Below the pieces are notes generated by a model, which did no database searches, had not been told where the DNA came from, and worked only from the letters and a program-made list of their open reading frames with translations. DNA of 33,107 bases from Candidatus Woesearchaeota archaeon (GTDB lineage: Archaea; Nanobdellota; Nanobdellia; Woesearchaeales; GW2011-AR4), in NCBI GenBank assembly GCA_016192955.1, contig JACPTD010000037.1, positions 1 through 33,107 of the forward strand, given 5' to 3'. A program made the translations under genes and the position numbers. This document shows positions 1-8,984 of this stretch, piece after piece; the first letter of the stretch is position 1, and the number at the start of each line of letters is the position of its first letter.

Positions 1-156
1 GGAAGATTCTTCGCCCTGCTGGGCTCTGAATGACATGATAGGCTTGACATGGCACTTTGCTCCCTCGTTGCCTGCTATATATGGTTCCATAGCGGGACTC
101 AAGGGGGTTTTGTGGCATTGTATTGATTCTGTGGGGCGGCTTTGCTAGGGGGGTAC

Positions 157-1062
157 ATGTTTAAAATACGCTTTATTTGCGTTATTTTTTTAGTTGTACT
201 TATAAGTGGAGCGGCTCAAGGTTTTTCGATAAAGCAAAGCCGGTTTTTTTATGCTGGGGATGGAGTTTTGGTGCTTGATCGTAAGATTCGGTTTCGGGAT
301 GTGCAAGGGAATTATCTTGAACCAGGGTTAAAGGAAATTCACCGGGCTTTTGGGGCGCCTTGGGCCCTGCCTTATGAAAGGCTTTCGCTGCGTTTCATTG
401 AAATGCTCGATTATTTGCAAGAGCAATTTAATCATGGGGCCTTCTCGATACGCTCGGGGTATCGTAGCCCCAATGCAAATCAGAGCTTGCGAAAAAAAGG
501 CAAACTGGCGGCCATGAGTAGCATGCATATTGAAGGGGCGGCGGCGGATTTATATTTGCAAGGTGCTTCTTCGCAAAAAATATTTGCCACCGTGCGAGAT
601 TGGCAATGTTGTGGGATTGGATATTACGGGTCACAGCATTTTCATCTTGATACGGGCCCGGCGCGCTGGTGGGATCAAAACACCTCGAAAACAGAATCCC
701 AAGCGCCACAAGAAAATGAAAAAATTATCATTCAAACCACCCAAGATATTTATTTTTTGGGTGAAAAAATTGATCTGCAATTTATGCGGGTCACTAATTA
801 TCCGATTGATGTTAATACAACTGTAACGGTAGAGTCAAAAAATAAATCTCTTAAACTTGATTTGCGAAGTGATATGACAAACTTGAATGCTTGTATGACG
901 TTGAAGAATCGATCGGAGGGAAGGCAATTATCTATTCATTTGCCTGAAAAAAAATTGGAAGCTGGGCGATATCAAATCAAAATTACTTTTTGTAATAAGC
1001 GTGATTATGTTCTATATATTTATCTTTATTTCTTTGGTACTCTAATTTTCTATATTCAATGA
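157..1062 (+). CDS. Secreted peptidase M15A / DUF882 (YcbK/MepK-like) zinc-peptidase-like protein with an extra beta-rich C-terminal region
   Basis: Track ORF 142..1062 starts at TTG. The first ATG at 157 gives a signal-like N-terminus, MFKIRFICVIFLVVLISGAAQG. The core SGYRSPNANQ...SSMHIEGAAADLY...GSQHFHLDTGPARWW has the H..D...H ligand pattern typical of DUF882/M15A. The last ~26 codons (985-1062) run antisense through the convergent homing-endonuclease gene, so the real C-terminus is uncertain. Confidence 0.65.
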   Translation: MFKIRFICVIFLVVLISGAAQGFSIKQSRFFYAGDGVLVLDRKIRFRDVQGNYLEPGLKEIHRAFGAPWALPYERLSLRFIEMLDYLQEQFNHGAFSIRSGYRSPNANQSLRKKGKLAAMSSMHIEGAAADLYLQGASSQKIFATVRDWQCCGIGYYGSQHFHLDTGPARWWDQNTSKTESQAPQENEKIIIQTTQDIYFLGEKIDLQFMRVTNYPIDVNTTVTVESKNKSLKLDLRSDMTNLNACMTLKNRSEGRQLSIHLPEKKLEAGRYQIKITFCNKRDYVLYIYLYFFGTLIFYIQ

Positions 1063-1750
1063 CTTTGTCGTTATGCAGTTTAATTTTTGAATAATTTTTT
1101 CCATTCAAATGACCTAACTTATAATACAAACTTGGAACTACGAATGATTTTATCATTTTTAAGAACTTATCAGCCTGTATTTTCGGTAGTATTATTGTAT
1201 AACAGAATGAATTATTTTTGGTCCTTTTATGTATTTGTGAATCAATTCCGAATCTCTTTTTCAACCAATTTTTAATAATGATGTGCTCTGAGTAATTAAA
1301 AGAATCAGTCCCAAAACCACATCTACCATCCCCATAATGGTAATATCCATCATCCATATACCAAATAGCTAAACCTAATACATTAAATTCATTTAGGAAC
1401 TTTTTGGTTATGTTTTTCCTTCTATTTTTGTATAAAACTTTGTGGTAATCTGTTAGTATAGGATTTACTTTCGACCAAATCAATATAGAATCATAAGTTT
1501 TGCATGTTCTTTTATCATAGGTAGAATATTGATAAAACTTAGTATTAAAAATATTTAGGAATTGGTCTTTCCAAATAAGGTATTCTTTTTGTTTTAACCC
1601 ATGAAGTTCATAGTAATATGCATTTTTACCACCTTTGCATATTTTTAAACTTCCGTCCCCAAGCAAGCTACCTAAAAGCACTTGCTTTACATCCTCATCT
1701 ATTTTAAATTCTTCTAATTCCATTTTTTGATTGTTTATATTTGAAATCAT
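983..1750 (-). CDS. Free-standing LAGLIDADG (double-motif) homing endonuclease
   Basis: Two dodecapeptide motifs, LLGSLLGDGSL and LAIWYMDDGYY, lie about 100 aa apart. ATG start at 1750. AT-rich relative to neighbours. Not embedded in an intein or a recognisable intron. Confidence 0.8.
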   Translation of the reverse strand: MISNINNQKMELEEFKIDEDVKQVLLGSLLGDGSLKICKGGKNAYYYELHGLKQKEYLIWKDQFLNIFNTKFYQYSTYDKRTCKTYDSILIWSKVNPILTDYHKVLYKNRRKNITKKFLNEFNVLGLAIWYMDDGYYHYGDGRCGFGTDSFNYSEHIIIKNWLKKRFGIDSQIHKRTKNNSFCYTIILPKIQADKFLKMIKSFVVPSLYYKLGHLNGKNYSKIKLHNDKVIEYRKLEYQRNKDKYIEHNHAYYKK

Positions 1751-1970
1751 TTAAATCACCGAGTTTTATTTGGTTGAAATTACGTAAATGATTTTCAGCT
1801 TTAGCGAAAATCACAATTTGGTAGTTGAAACATTATTTGAGGTGATTAAATGATGGAAAATTATCAAAAAATGAGTAGAATTAGTTTATAAATGTGACGT
1901 GAGGATGTCCAGTGGTAGTTCTATTCAAAAGGAGTAACTTTTTAAATAAAATCCCCTTTATCTGGCATTC

Positions 1971-2831
1971 ATGAAAAGAAAAGATGTGGAGTTTAATGAG
2001 GATTTGATAGATTGTATAAACTTTCTTTTAAGAGAACAAGAGAAATCTTTCTGGTTTTCACAGTATGTTTTCAAAAAGAAGTGGGGAGAAAGTCGAGGCC
2101 AAGAACTTCATACTTTTTTGTCATATAATAACGCTCTTTCTAGAGAAGGAACTAAAATAAGAATAATAATTCCAGAAGGAATAAGATTAAGAGAAGAGGC
2201 ACAATTAAGAATAATTGCTAAAGAACAAAAGGTAATAAGCAAAAAACAAACAGATATTCAGAATAAGCAATATTGGATTAATATAATCTTAATCATAATA
2301 TTCTCTTTACAATTGATATCCACATCATTTATTGGTTGGCAGACAATTAAACTTCAATATAATTTCCCAGATATAATTTTATTTACAAATCCTGACCATA
2401 ATTTTATAAATGTGAATAAAAAAATAGATAAGTTTAATCATTATAGAATTTATGTATTCAATCAAGGTAAAGCACCATGTCTGGACCTAAAGATTAACAA
2501 TATAAAATTTGCAAAAAATATAAACAGGATAATTAGTGCTAAATCAAATAACCCAATTAATGAATTCTTAGGAATTGAACAAGAATATTATACTTTATTG
2601 AATAAAAATTGTTTTTTTGACATAAGGAATAATGAGACTTTTTGTAATCCCTATATAGGTCTTATAAAACCTAATGAGGTTATATCACTTGGAGTAGAAG
2701 TAGATATAGCACATTACGAAAATACTATCCACAGCATAGATAGAAAAATAAATTTTGATATAGAGGCAAACTGTATAGGCAGCAAGTTTAAACTTCCAGT
2801 AACTGTGGTATTAGATACTAGCAAACCATGA
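1971..2831 (+). CDS. Hypothetical protein with one central transmembrane helix (orphan, low GC)
   Basis: Clean 286-aa ORF with an ATG start and a central hydrophobic helix, YWINIILIIIFSLQLISTSFIGW. I recognise no family motif. It belongs to the same low-GC island as the homing endonuclease. Confidence 0.5.
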   Translation: MKRKDVEFNEDLIDCINFLLREQEKSFWFSQYVFKKKWGESRGQELHTFLSYNNALSREGTKIRIIIPEGIRLREEAQLRIIAKEQKVISKKQTDIQNKQYWINIILIIIFSLQLISTSFIGWQTIKLQYNFPDIILFTNPDHNFINVNKKIDKFNHYRIYVFNQGKAPCLDLKINNIKFAKNINRIISAKSNNPINEFLGIEQEYYTLLNKNCFFDIRNNETFCNPYIGLIKPNEVISLGVEVDIAHYENTIHSIDRKINFDIEANCIGSKFKLPVTVVLDTSKP

Positions 2832-2853
2832 TATTTTTAATCTTTTCCTTTAA

Positions 2854-3282
2854 TCATATACTTACCAAAACAGCCCCGCCCACGATCATCAAAGTGCCTA
2901 TTATGATCCTAATCATTTGCGACATGTTTGGAACTTCTTTCAATAAAATTATCCCTAATATCACTGCAATGATGGTGTTGGCATTGTAAATCGGGGCAAG
3001 CTGCGCCACATTGCCTTTGTTTGCTATTGCTACTGCGATTGCAAGAAAGCCGATTGCCCAAATCACTCCCGCAATTAAAGCAAGCAAAGTTGACTTCAAC
3101 TCAAACTGCAAATTCGGCTTTGCAAAATAATAAAACAAAAATACAGTAGAAATTCCGACTCCGAAGATAAGGCTTGCATAAGCCGGATTTAAATTTCCTT
3201 TCTGTATGGCAATTTTAAAAATTACGGTGTTTATTCCAAAACAAATCGCCGCAACAATCCCATAAAAAACCCAGCTTTCCAT
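2854..3282 (-). CDS. Small EamA/DMT-superfamily membrane transporter (single EamA domain)
   Basis: 142 aa, almost entirely hydrophobic, with 4-5 predicted helices and EamA-like spacing (..AICFGINTVIFK..; ..ANTIIAVILGIILLKE..). The start codon lies 1 nt after the transketolase C-subunit stop, so co-transcription is likely. Confidence 0.55.
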   Translation of the reverse strand: MESWVFYGIVAAICFGINTVIFKIAIQKGNLNPAYASLIFGVGISTVFLFYYFAKPNLQFELKSTLLALIAGVIWAIGFLAIAVAIANKGNVAQLAPIYNANTIIAVILGIILLKEVPNMSQMIRIIIGTLMIVGGAVLVSI

Positions 3283-3283
3283 T

Positions 3284-4237
3284 TTATCTCTTTTTATTCA
3301 CAAACTTCATAACTTCTTCCGCAATTGACTCTGAATCCATCCCGTACTTCTTATACAATTCATCAGGCTTTCCTGACTCAGCATATGTGTCTTTCAACCC
3401 AATCCTTTTCATAATGCACGGATAGTTCTCGCCAAGCACCTCAGCAACTGCACCACCTAATCCTCCAACTATGTTGTGATCCTCTGCCGTAACAACACAA
3501 CCGGTTTTTTTTGCCAAATCTATGATTAAATCTGCATCAATAGGCTTTATCGTATGCATGTTGACAACATAAACTTTTATGTCTTCACTTTCAAGAATTT
3601 CAGCTGCCTTCAAAGATTCATGCGCCATTGTGCCAGTCGCGAAAATAACAGCGTCTTTGCCCTGTTTCATAATCTCGCCTTTGCCAATTTCAAAATTGTA
3701 ATCATTACTATGAATCACTGGGAGGGGATTGCGATGCATCCTCATGTAGCTTGGCCCTTTGTAGCCAGCCAATGCAAAAACCATCTTTTCAGCTTCAACA
3801 AAATCACACGGCTGCAAAACAATCATATTCGGCAAAGCCCTGTAAATTGCAATGTCCTCAATTGCCTGTGCGCTTTTCCCGTCTTCACCGGTTGCAATTC
3901 CAGCATGGCTCCCAGCAATCTTAACATTTAACTTGTTCCTTGAAACAACATTTCTCACAAACTCATAAGCCCTTTCGCTGAAAATCGCAAATGTGCTTGC
4001 ATATGGTATTTTGCCGGAAAAAGCCAATCCAGCAGCTGCGCCAATCAGGTTCTGCTCCGCAATTCCCATCGAAAAAAACCTTTCCGGAAACTGCTTTGCG
4101 AAATATTCGCTTCTTGTGCTGTCGCTTAAATCAGCGTCTAGGGCAACAACATTTGGGTTTATTTTGCCCAATTCCAGCAAGGCTTTTCCATAGCCATCTC
4201 GAGTTGCTAATTTTTGTTGTTCCATTTTATTTGGCAT
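3284..4237 (-). CDS. Transketolase, C-terminal (pyrimidine-binding) subunit
   Basis: ATRDGYGKALLELG...VALDADLSDST...FSMGIAEQNLIGAAAGLA...FATGTMAHESL...HTIKPID is the canonical split-transketolase C-subunit pattern. Its ATG overlaps the upstream subunit's stop (TAATG). Confidence 0.9.
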   Translation of the reverse strand: MPNKMEQQKLATRDGYGKALLELGKINPNVVALDADLSDSTRSEYFAKQFPERFFSMGIAEQNLIGAAAGLAFSGKIPYASTFAIFSERAYEFVRNVVSRNKLNVKIAGSHAGIATGEDGKSAQAIEDIAIYRALPNMIVLQPCDFVEAEKMVFALAGYKGPSYMRMHRNPLPVIHSNDYNFEIGKGEIMKQGKDAVIFATGTMAHESLKAAEILESEDIKVYVVNMHTIKPIDADLIIDLAKKTGCVVTAEDHNIVGGLGGAVAEVLGENYPCIMKRIGLKDTYAESGKPDELYKKYGMDSESIAEEVMKFVNKKR

Positions 4238-5082
4238 TATTTAAACTTCTTAACATCAATCTTCTCAATCTCTTCCATTGCTTTTTTATACTCTTCATCA
4301 TTCGGCGCTTTTCCATGAAATTTGTAATTCAATTCCATGAATGAAACCCCTTTGCCCTTGATAGTGTTGGAAACAATGATGGTCGGCTTTTTATTCTTAG
4401 TTTTTGAGGCTTTATCAAGAGCCTTTACAATTTGTGACATATCATGCCCGTTAATGTCAATGACATTCCATCCAAAAGCTTTCCACTTCAATGAAACATT
4501 TCCAATGTCCATAATTTCCTTTGTCTTGCCAGTCTGCTGGACTTGGTTTTTGTCAAGCACTGCAATTAAATTGTCCAGCTTATAGAACGCTGCTGCCATA
4601 GAGGCTTCCCAGACAGCGCCTTCTTGCGCTTCTCCATCGCCGATCATTGCATAAACATTGCAGTTCCTTTTGTCAAGCCTGCAAGCTAGTGCAATTCCAA
4701 GCGCAAAGCAGATTCCTTGGCCAAGAGCGCCGCCAGCAAAATCTACTCCCAGCGTGCTTAGCTCAGGATGCCCTTGCAGCATTCTGCCCATTTTTCTATA
4801 TCCATTTAATTCAGATTTTTGGAAATATCCCTTGTCAGCCAAAACAGCGTATAGTGCAGGGCTGCAGTGGCCTTTGCTCAGGATAAACCTGTCCCTGTCC
4901 TGCCACAGAGGATTTTTTGGATCAATCCTTAATTTGTGGTAATAAAGCCCAACAAGCACGTCTATTGCGCTTAAAGAGCCGCCAGGATGGCCTGACTGGG
5001 CATTGTAAATCATAGAAATAATCTCTTTTCTAAGCTCTTTTGCCTTCTGCTTTAAGCCTAAAACCAATTCCCTTTTCGCCAT
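4237..5082 (-). CDS. Transketolase, N-terminal (thiamine-diphosphate-binding) subunit
   Basis: SGHPGGSLS...LSKGHCSPALYAVL...GALGQG...IGDGEAQEGAVWEA is the TPP-binding motif set of a split transketolase. Confidence 0.9.
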   Translation of the reverse strand: MAKRELVLGLKQKAKELRKEIISMIYNAQSGHPGGSLSAIDVLVGLYYHKLRIDPKNPLWQDRDRFILSKGHCSPALYAVLADKGYFQKSELNGYRKMGRMLQGHPELSTLGVDFAGGALGQGICFALGIALACRLDKRNCNVYAMIGDGEAQEGAVWEASMAAAFYKLDNLIAVLDKNQVQQTGKTKEIMDIGNVSLKWKAFGWNVIDINGHDMSQIVKALDKASKTKNKKPTIIVSNTIKGKGVSFMELNYKFHGKAPNDEEYKKAMEEIEKIDVKKFK

Positions 5083-5201
5083 GTTATCTCTGCAATATTC
5101 TTGGGTAGTATATCAATCCTGCTTTCCATCCAGAATTTGTTTTATTTTTTATACTTTTGCATTGTCAATAATAAAAATAAGAAACAAAGCAAAAAAAAGA
5201 A

Positions 5202-6014
5202 TTATCTCTTTATAACTTCTGTTGCTGGCTTCATATTTTTCCATGCAAGCTCAAACAAATTTTCCAGGGCGCTTGCAAAAAAAGGCGTGTTCACCCATAT
5301 CCCGACATCATAAGTTGGATGTACTTCGTTGTCATCAAGCACCATGAAGATTATTTCCTTTCCGTCAACAATGCAGAACCTTGCCTTTGTGTCTGTGTTT
5401 TTTACTTCTGCAATGCCTTGAAGCTCCTTTAAAGCAGGCAAAGCTTCTTTTGTGATTGGCGCAGCTATCCTTATCTTTACACCTCTTTTCTTTAATCTCT
5501 CAAAGGTTGGCTTAAACCCCTCCACCTTTCTTAAAAATCCTTGAGAAGTTGTCATTAAGGTTACGCTTTCCTCTGCGTTTCTTATTGTCAATTCCAAGTG
5601 ATTATACAAATTATGCCTTCCCCTCAATGAGCCGCTTAAGTCAGCGGGCTCAACAAGCTCAACACCCTGTGTGTGCAAAGTGCTCAATTCATCCACAAGC
5701 TCTGTGTTCTTCAGGTCGCTTAGCTTTTTGATTTCCTCTTTTGCGTTTGTTTCAACGTTTTTCTTCACCCTTTCAACAACCTCTTTTGGAGGGACTGCTA
5801 TGTACTTTATAGGCTTGCCAAGCTTCATTATAACAAAACCTTTCTTTTCAAGCGATTCCAGAACATCATAGCTTCTTGACCTTGGAACGTTTGCTATGTC
5901 GCTCAACTCTCCTGCTGTTGAAACTCCCCTGCTGAGAAGAGCAGTCCAGATTTTAACTTCATAACTATTCAACCCAAAGCCCCTAAGCTGCTTTTCTGTT
6001 TTCTGGGTGAGCAT
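5202..6014 (-). CDS. TrmB-family transcriptional regulator
   Basis: The N-terminal winged helix LRGFGLNSYEVKIWTALLSRGVSTAGELSDIANVPRSRSYDVLESLEKKGFV is followed by a TrmB-like C-terminal domain. Confidence 0.8.
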   Translation of the reverse strand: MLTQKTEKQLRGFGLNSYEVKIWTALLSRGVSTAGELSDIANVPRSRSYDVLESLEKKGFVIMKLGKPIKYIAVPPKEVVERVKKNVETNAKEEIKKLSDLKNTELVDELSTLHTQGVELVEPADLSGSLRGRHNLYNHLELTIRNAEESVTLMTTSQGFLRKVEGFKPTFERLKKRGVKIRIAAPITKEALPALKELQGIAEVKNTDTKARFCIVDGKEIIFMVLDDNEVHPTYDVGIWVNTPFFASALENLFELAWKNMKPATEVIKR

Positions 6015-6088
6015 AATCTTTAGAATGGGTGTGTTGTTTAAAAATGTTTTGTTTTTTATTATTATTAAGTGGTGAAGTGGTATGACTT

Positions 6089-6109
6089 ACCCTGTTGCTT
6101 CCTGTGGAG
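6089..6109 (-). promoter_or_regulatory. Mini-ORB-like element (inverted orientation)
   Basis: accctgttgcttcctgtggag matches the reverse complement of the 6205-6225 element at 14/21 positions. It includes the dyad core TCCtgtGGA and a short C-tract. Confidence 0.4.
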
Positions 6110-6204
6110 ATTCGTGTTTATTGTGTTTGAATTTGTTTGCATATCATTTTTATTTCTATATAGAAAACAAATTAACAAAAAATATAAAAAAACAAACAAC
6201 AAAA

Positions 6205-6225
6205 CTCCATAGGAAATTGGGGGGT
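6205..6225 (+). promoter_or_regulatory. ORB-like origin recognition box with G-string
   Basis: ctccataggaaattggggggt has the dyad core TCCataGGAAA followed by a G6 tract. This is the architecture of archaeal Orc1/Cdc6 binding sites (TCCAnTGGAAA...GGGGG). Confidence 0.5.
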
Positions 6226-6274
6226 AGCACTAATAAAGAAAATATTTAAATACCTACATTTCGTATGGAAAAAT

Positions 6275-7483
6275 ATGGCTGAAAGGGGGTTGGATGTGTT
6301 TTTTGAAGCGTTTTTGAGAAAAGAAAGCGTCTTTTTTGACAAAAGGACACTACAATCCACTTATATCCCAGAAACAATACCCCACAGGGAAGAACAAACC
6401 AAACAGCTTGCTAATATAATTGCCCCTGCCTTAAAAGGAGATAAACCCTCTAATATATTTATTTACGGTAAAACAGGCACAGGAAAAACACTAACAACCA
6501 AATACACAACGAAAAAACTGATAGAGGCAGCAGAGAGAGAAAAAACACCGCTCAATGTAATATACATCAACTGCAAGCTAAAAAGAAGCGCAGACACGGA
6601 GTACAGGCTAATCGCGCAACTGGCAACAGAACTTGGAAAAAGCATACCACCAACCGGTTTGCCAACAGAAGAGGTTTACAAAGCATTTCTAAGGGCATTA
6701 AACAAGCAGGACAAAACACACATACTAATTTTAGATGAGATAGACCAGCTCGTAAGCAAAACAGGAGACAATGTTCTTTACAACCTTACAAGAATAAACG
6801 AAGAGCACACAAAATCACAAATCTCCATAGTGGGAATATCAAACGACATCATGTTTGTGGATAACCTTGACCCAAGGGTTAAATCCTCACTTTCTGAAGA
6901 AGAGATTGTTTTCCCGCCTTACAACGCACTGCAGATACAATCAATATTAAAACAGAGGGCAGAGCTGGCATTCAATAAAGATGTCCTGCAGCAAGGCGTC
7001 ATAGAAAAATGTGCTGCGTACGCCGCCCGCGACCACGGGGATGCAAGAAGGGCACTTGAGCTTTTAAGGGTTGCTGGCGAAGTAGCTGACAGAAAAAATG
7101 ACAAGAAAATCACAACAACCCACATAGACGAGGCAGAAGAAAAAATTGATAGGGACAGGATAATTGATATAGTTGTCACGCAGCCAAAGCAGTACCAGCT
7201 GGTGCTTTATTCTATTCTTTCGCTTCAGCCGCGTAGAAACAAGAGCATATTCACCGGCGAGGTTTATGAGATATATAAATCATTATGCAGCAGAACCAAC
7301 ACAAGCATCCTGACCCAAAGGAGGGTTTCTGACATCATATCGGAATTCGACATGCTCGGGATGGTGAATGCCAAGGTCATATCGAAAGGGAGGTACGGAA
7401 GAACAAGAGACATTTCGATTGAAATACCAGAAACAACACTGCCAAGAATAAGAAGAATATTAGAGGAAAACATAAGAGTCTAA
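6275..7483 (+). CDS. cdc6: Orc1/Cdc6 replication initiator
   Basis: Walker A GKTGTGKT, Walker B ILILDEID, sensor and arginine regions, and a C-terminal winged helix. A TATA-like atatttaaata lies ~25-30 nt upstream of the ATG. Confidence 0.95.
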   Translation: MAERGLDVFFEAFLRKESVFFDKRTLQSTYIPETIPHREEQTKQLANIIAPALKGDKPSNIFIYGKTGTGKTLTTKYTTKKLIEAAEREKTPLNVIYINCKLKRSADTEYRLIAQLATELGKSIPPTGLPTEEVYKAFLRALNKQDKTHILILDEIDQLVSKTGDNVLYNLTRINEEHTKSQISIVGISNDIMFVDNLDPRVKSSLSEEEIVFPPYNALQIQSILKQRAELAFNKDVLQQGVIEKCAAYAARDHGDARRALELLRVAGEVADRKNDKKITTTHIDEAEEKIDRDRIIDIVVTQPKQYQLVLYSILSLQPRRNKSIFTGEVYEIYKSLCSRTNTSILTQRRVSDIISEFDMLGMVNAKVISKGRYGRTRDISIEIPETTLPRIRRILEENIRV

Positions 7484-7484
7484 C

Positions 7485-8984
7485 ATGGAACAGGAGCTTG
7501 TTAAAAAAAAACGAGAAATTATTGATTTTTTTCTGAAGAACGGGGTTTTAATAAGCACAAACCTATTAAATGAAATCAACAATTATGGGAACATCTCCAA
7601 AGTATTTGAACTATTGAAATCAAAAACAATTGATGACCCGCTTGTCATGGATTTGGATTTAAACAAGCTAATAAACGAGGCAAATAGGCAAAACACAGAA
7701 ACAACAAAAGAAGTTCAACACAGAAACCAAGTCAAAGTGACATTTTCTTATAAAGAGGAGCCAAAAAAAAGAGACCCTAGAGACTTTGTTGATTATTTCA
7801 CCAACAGGTACAAGGCACTGGAAAAAATCCTGAAGCAGCATCAGGAGCTTAAAGACACGATCTCAATAAATAAGCTGACAAGCAAAAAAGATAAAGAAAG
7901 CACATCAATAATCGGCATAGTCAGCAGCAAGCAGACAACTAAGAACGGAAATTTGCTTCTTGTGATTGAGGACCCAACAGGGCAAAGGAGAGTCATCATA
8001 AACAAAAACAAATTATCATTATTCAACGAAGCCAAGGACATCGTTTTGGACGAGATTATCGGCGTCACTGGAGTTAATGTGGACACAATCACATTCGCTA
8101 ACAACATAATCTGGCCGGACACGCCTACAAACAGGGAATTAAAGAAGGCTGAAAATGAATCATACGCTTTGTTCTTGTCAGACCTTCATGTTGGATCATC
8201 AAAATTCCTCCCAGATGATTTTGAAAAGTTTCTTAGATGGGTAAATGGAGAGATGGGAAATGAGCAGCAAAGGCATATAGCCAACAATATTGAATATATT
8301 TTTATCGCGGGGGACTTGGTGGATGGATGCGGCATATACCCTGAGCAGGACAAAGAGCTTGCAACAAAAGACATATACGAGCAATACAGGGAATGCGCTG
8401 AATTGTTAAAACAGATACCGCAGCACATACCATTAATCATTTGCCCAGGCAACCATGACGCCTTGAGGATTTCAGAGCCGCAGCCGCCATTGTCGAAAAA
8501 TTTTGCCAGCGCCATGTATGAATTGAACAATGCAATAATGGTTTCAAACCCGTCTTTGATCAACATAAACTCATCAGACAACTTCCCGGGATTTGATGTG
8601 CTGATGTATCATGGATATTCCTTTGACTATTTTGTTGCAGAAGTAGATTCGCTGAGAAACCAGGGAGGGTATGACAGGGCAGACCTTATCATGAAATTCT
8701 TATTGAAGAGAAGGCATCTTGCGCCAACCCATTTGTCAACGCTATACCTTCCAGACACAAAAAAAGACCCGTTGGTTATTGAAAAAGTTCCTGACTTCTT
8801 TTTGAGCGGGCACATACACAAAACAGCGACAACTAACTACAGGAATACAACTTTAATATGCGGAAGCTGCTGGCAAAGCAAAACCATGTTCCAGGAGAAA
8901 GTTGGCCACAATCCCGAGCCAAGCAGGGTCCCAATCGTAAATCTGCAGACAAGAGATATTAAAATACTGAAGTTTGGGCACTAA
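7485..8984 (+). CDS. polB: DNA polymerase II (PolD) small subunit DP1
   Basis: OB-fold region plus calcineurin-type phosphoesterase motifs FLSDLHVGS, IAGDLVDG, CPGNHD and GHIH. It starts 1 nt after the orc1 stop. Confidence 0.93.
   Translation: MEQELVKKKREIIDFFLKNGVLISTNLLNEINNYGNISKVFELLKSKTIDDPLVMDLDLNKLINEANRQNTETTKEVQHRNQVKVTFSYKEEPKKRDPRDFVDYFTNRYKALEKILKQHQELKDTISINKLTSKKDKESTSIIGIVSSKQTTKNGNLLLVIEDPTGQRRVIINKNKLSLFNEAKDIVLDEIIGVTGVNVDTITFANNIIWPDTPTNRELKKAENESYALFLSDLHVGSSKFLPDDFEKFLRWVNGEMGNEQQRHIANNIEYIFIAGDLVDGCGIYPEQDKELATKDIYEQYRECAELLKQIPQHIPLIICPGNHDALRISEPQPPLSKNFASAMYELNNAIMVSNPSLININSSDNFPGFDVLMYHGYSFDYFVAEVDSLRNQGGYDRADLIMKFLLKRRHLAPTHLSTLYLPDTKKDPLVIEKVPDFFLSGHIHKTATTNYRNTTLICGSCWQSKTMFQEKVGHNPEPSRVPIVNLQTRDIKILKFGH

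Larger units (their letters stand above)
6015..6274. other. Candidate replication origin (oriC): inverted ORB-like elements flanking an AT-rich unwinding region, directly upstream of orc1/cdc6
   Basis: ORB-like 6205-6225 and an inverted partner 6089-6109 flank ~95 bp of very AT-rich DNA (6110-6204). The position upstream of orc1/cdc6-polD matches known archaeal origins. Confidence 0.55.

Noticed and set aside
43-75. Bacterial-looking promoter words upstream of the DUF882 gene: ttgaca at 43-48 and tggcac-tttgc (sigma-54-like) at 50-60.
   Set aside because: The spacing from ttgaca to the tatata-like box is far too long. The GG/GC spacing of the sigma-54-like word is 8 nt rather than 12 nt. No support beyond chance.
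1904-1915. The 12-mer gatgtccagtgg is repeated at 1904-1915 and at 19811-19822 (upstream of mcm). Its core TCCAGTGG resembles the canonical ORB core.
   Set aside because: By a rough uniform-composition estimate (about 5e8 position pairs against 4^12 possible 12-mers), some tens of exact 12-mer coincidences are expected in a 33-kb window. The two copies have different orientations relative to their nearest genes, and neither has a G-string or an inverted partner. Noted only as a possible mini-ORB to test.
3554-4942. Plus-strand ORFs inside the transketolase genes (3554..3931, 3991..4344, 4337..4585, 4647..4886, 4658..4942).
   Set aside because: They are antisense shadows of two strongly supported transketolase subunit genes.
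5101-5313. 70-aa plus-strand ORF spanning the tkt-trmB intergenic region.
   Set aside because: It is low-complexity (Lys/Asn/Phe-rich), overlaps the 3' end of the TrmB gene antisense, and sits in promoter/terminator DNA.
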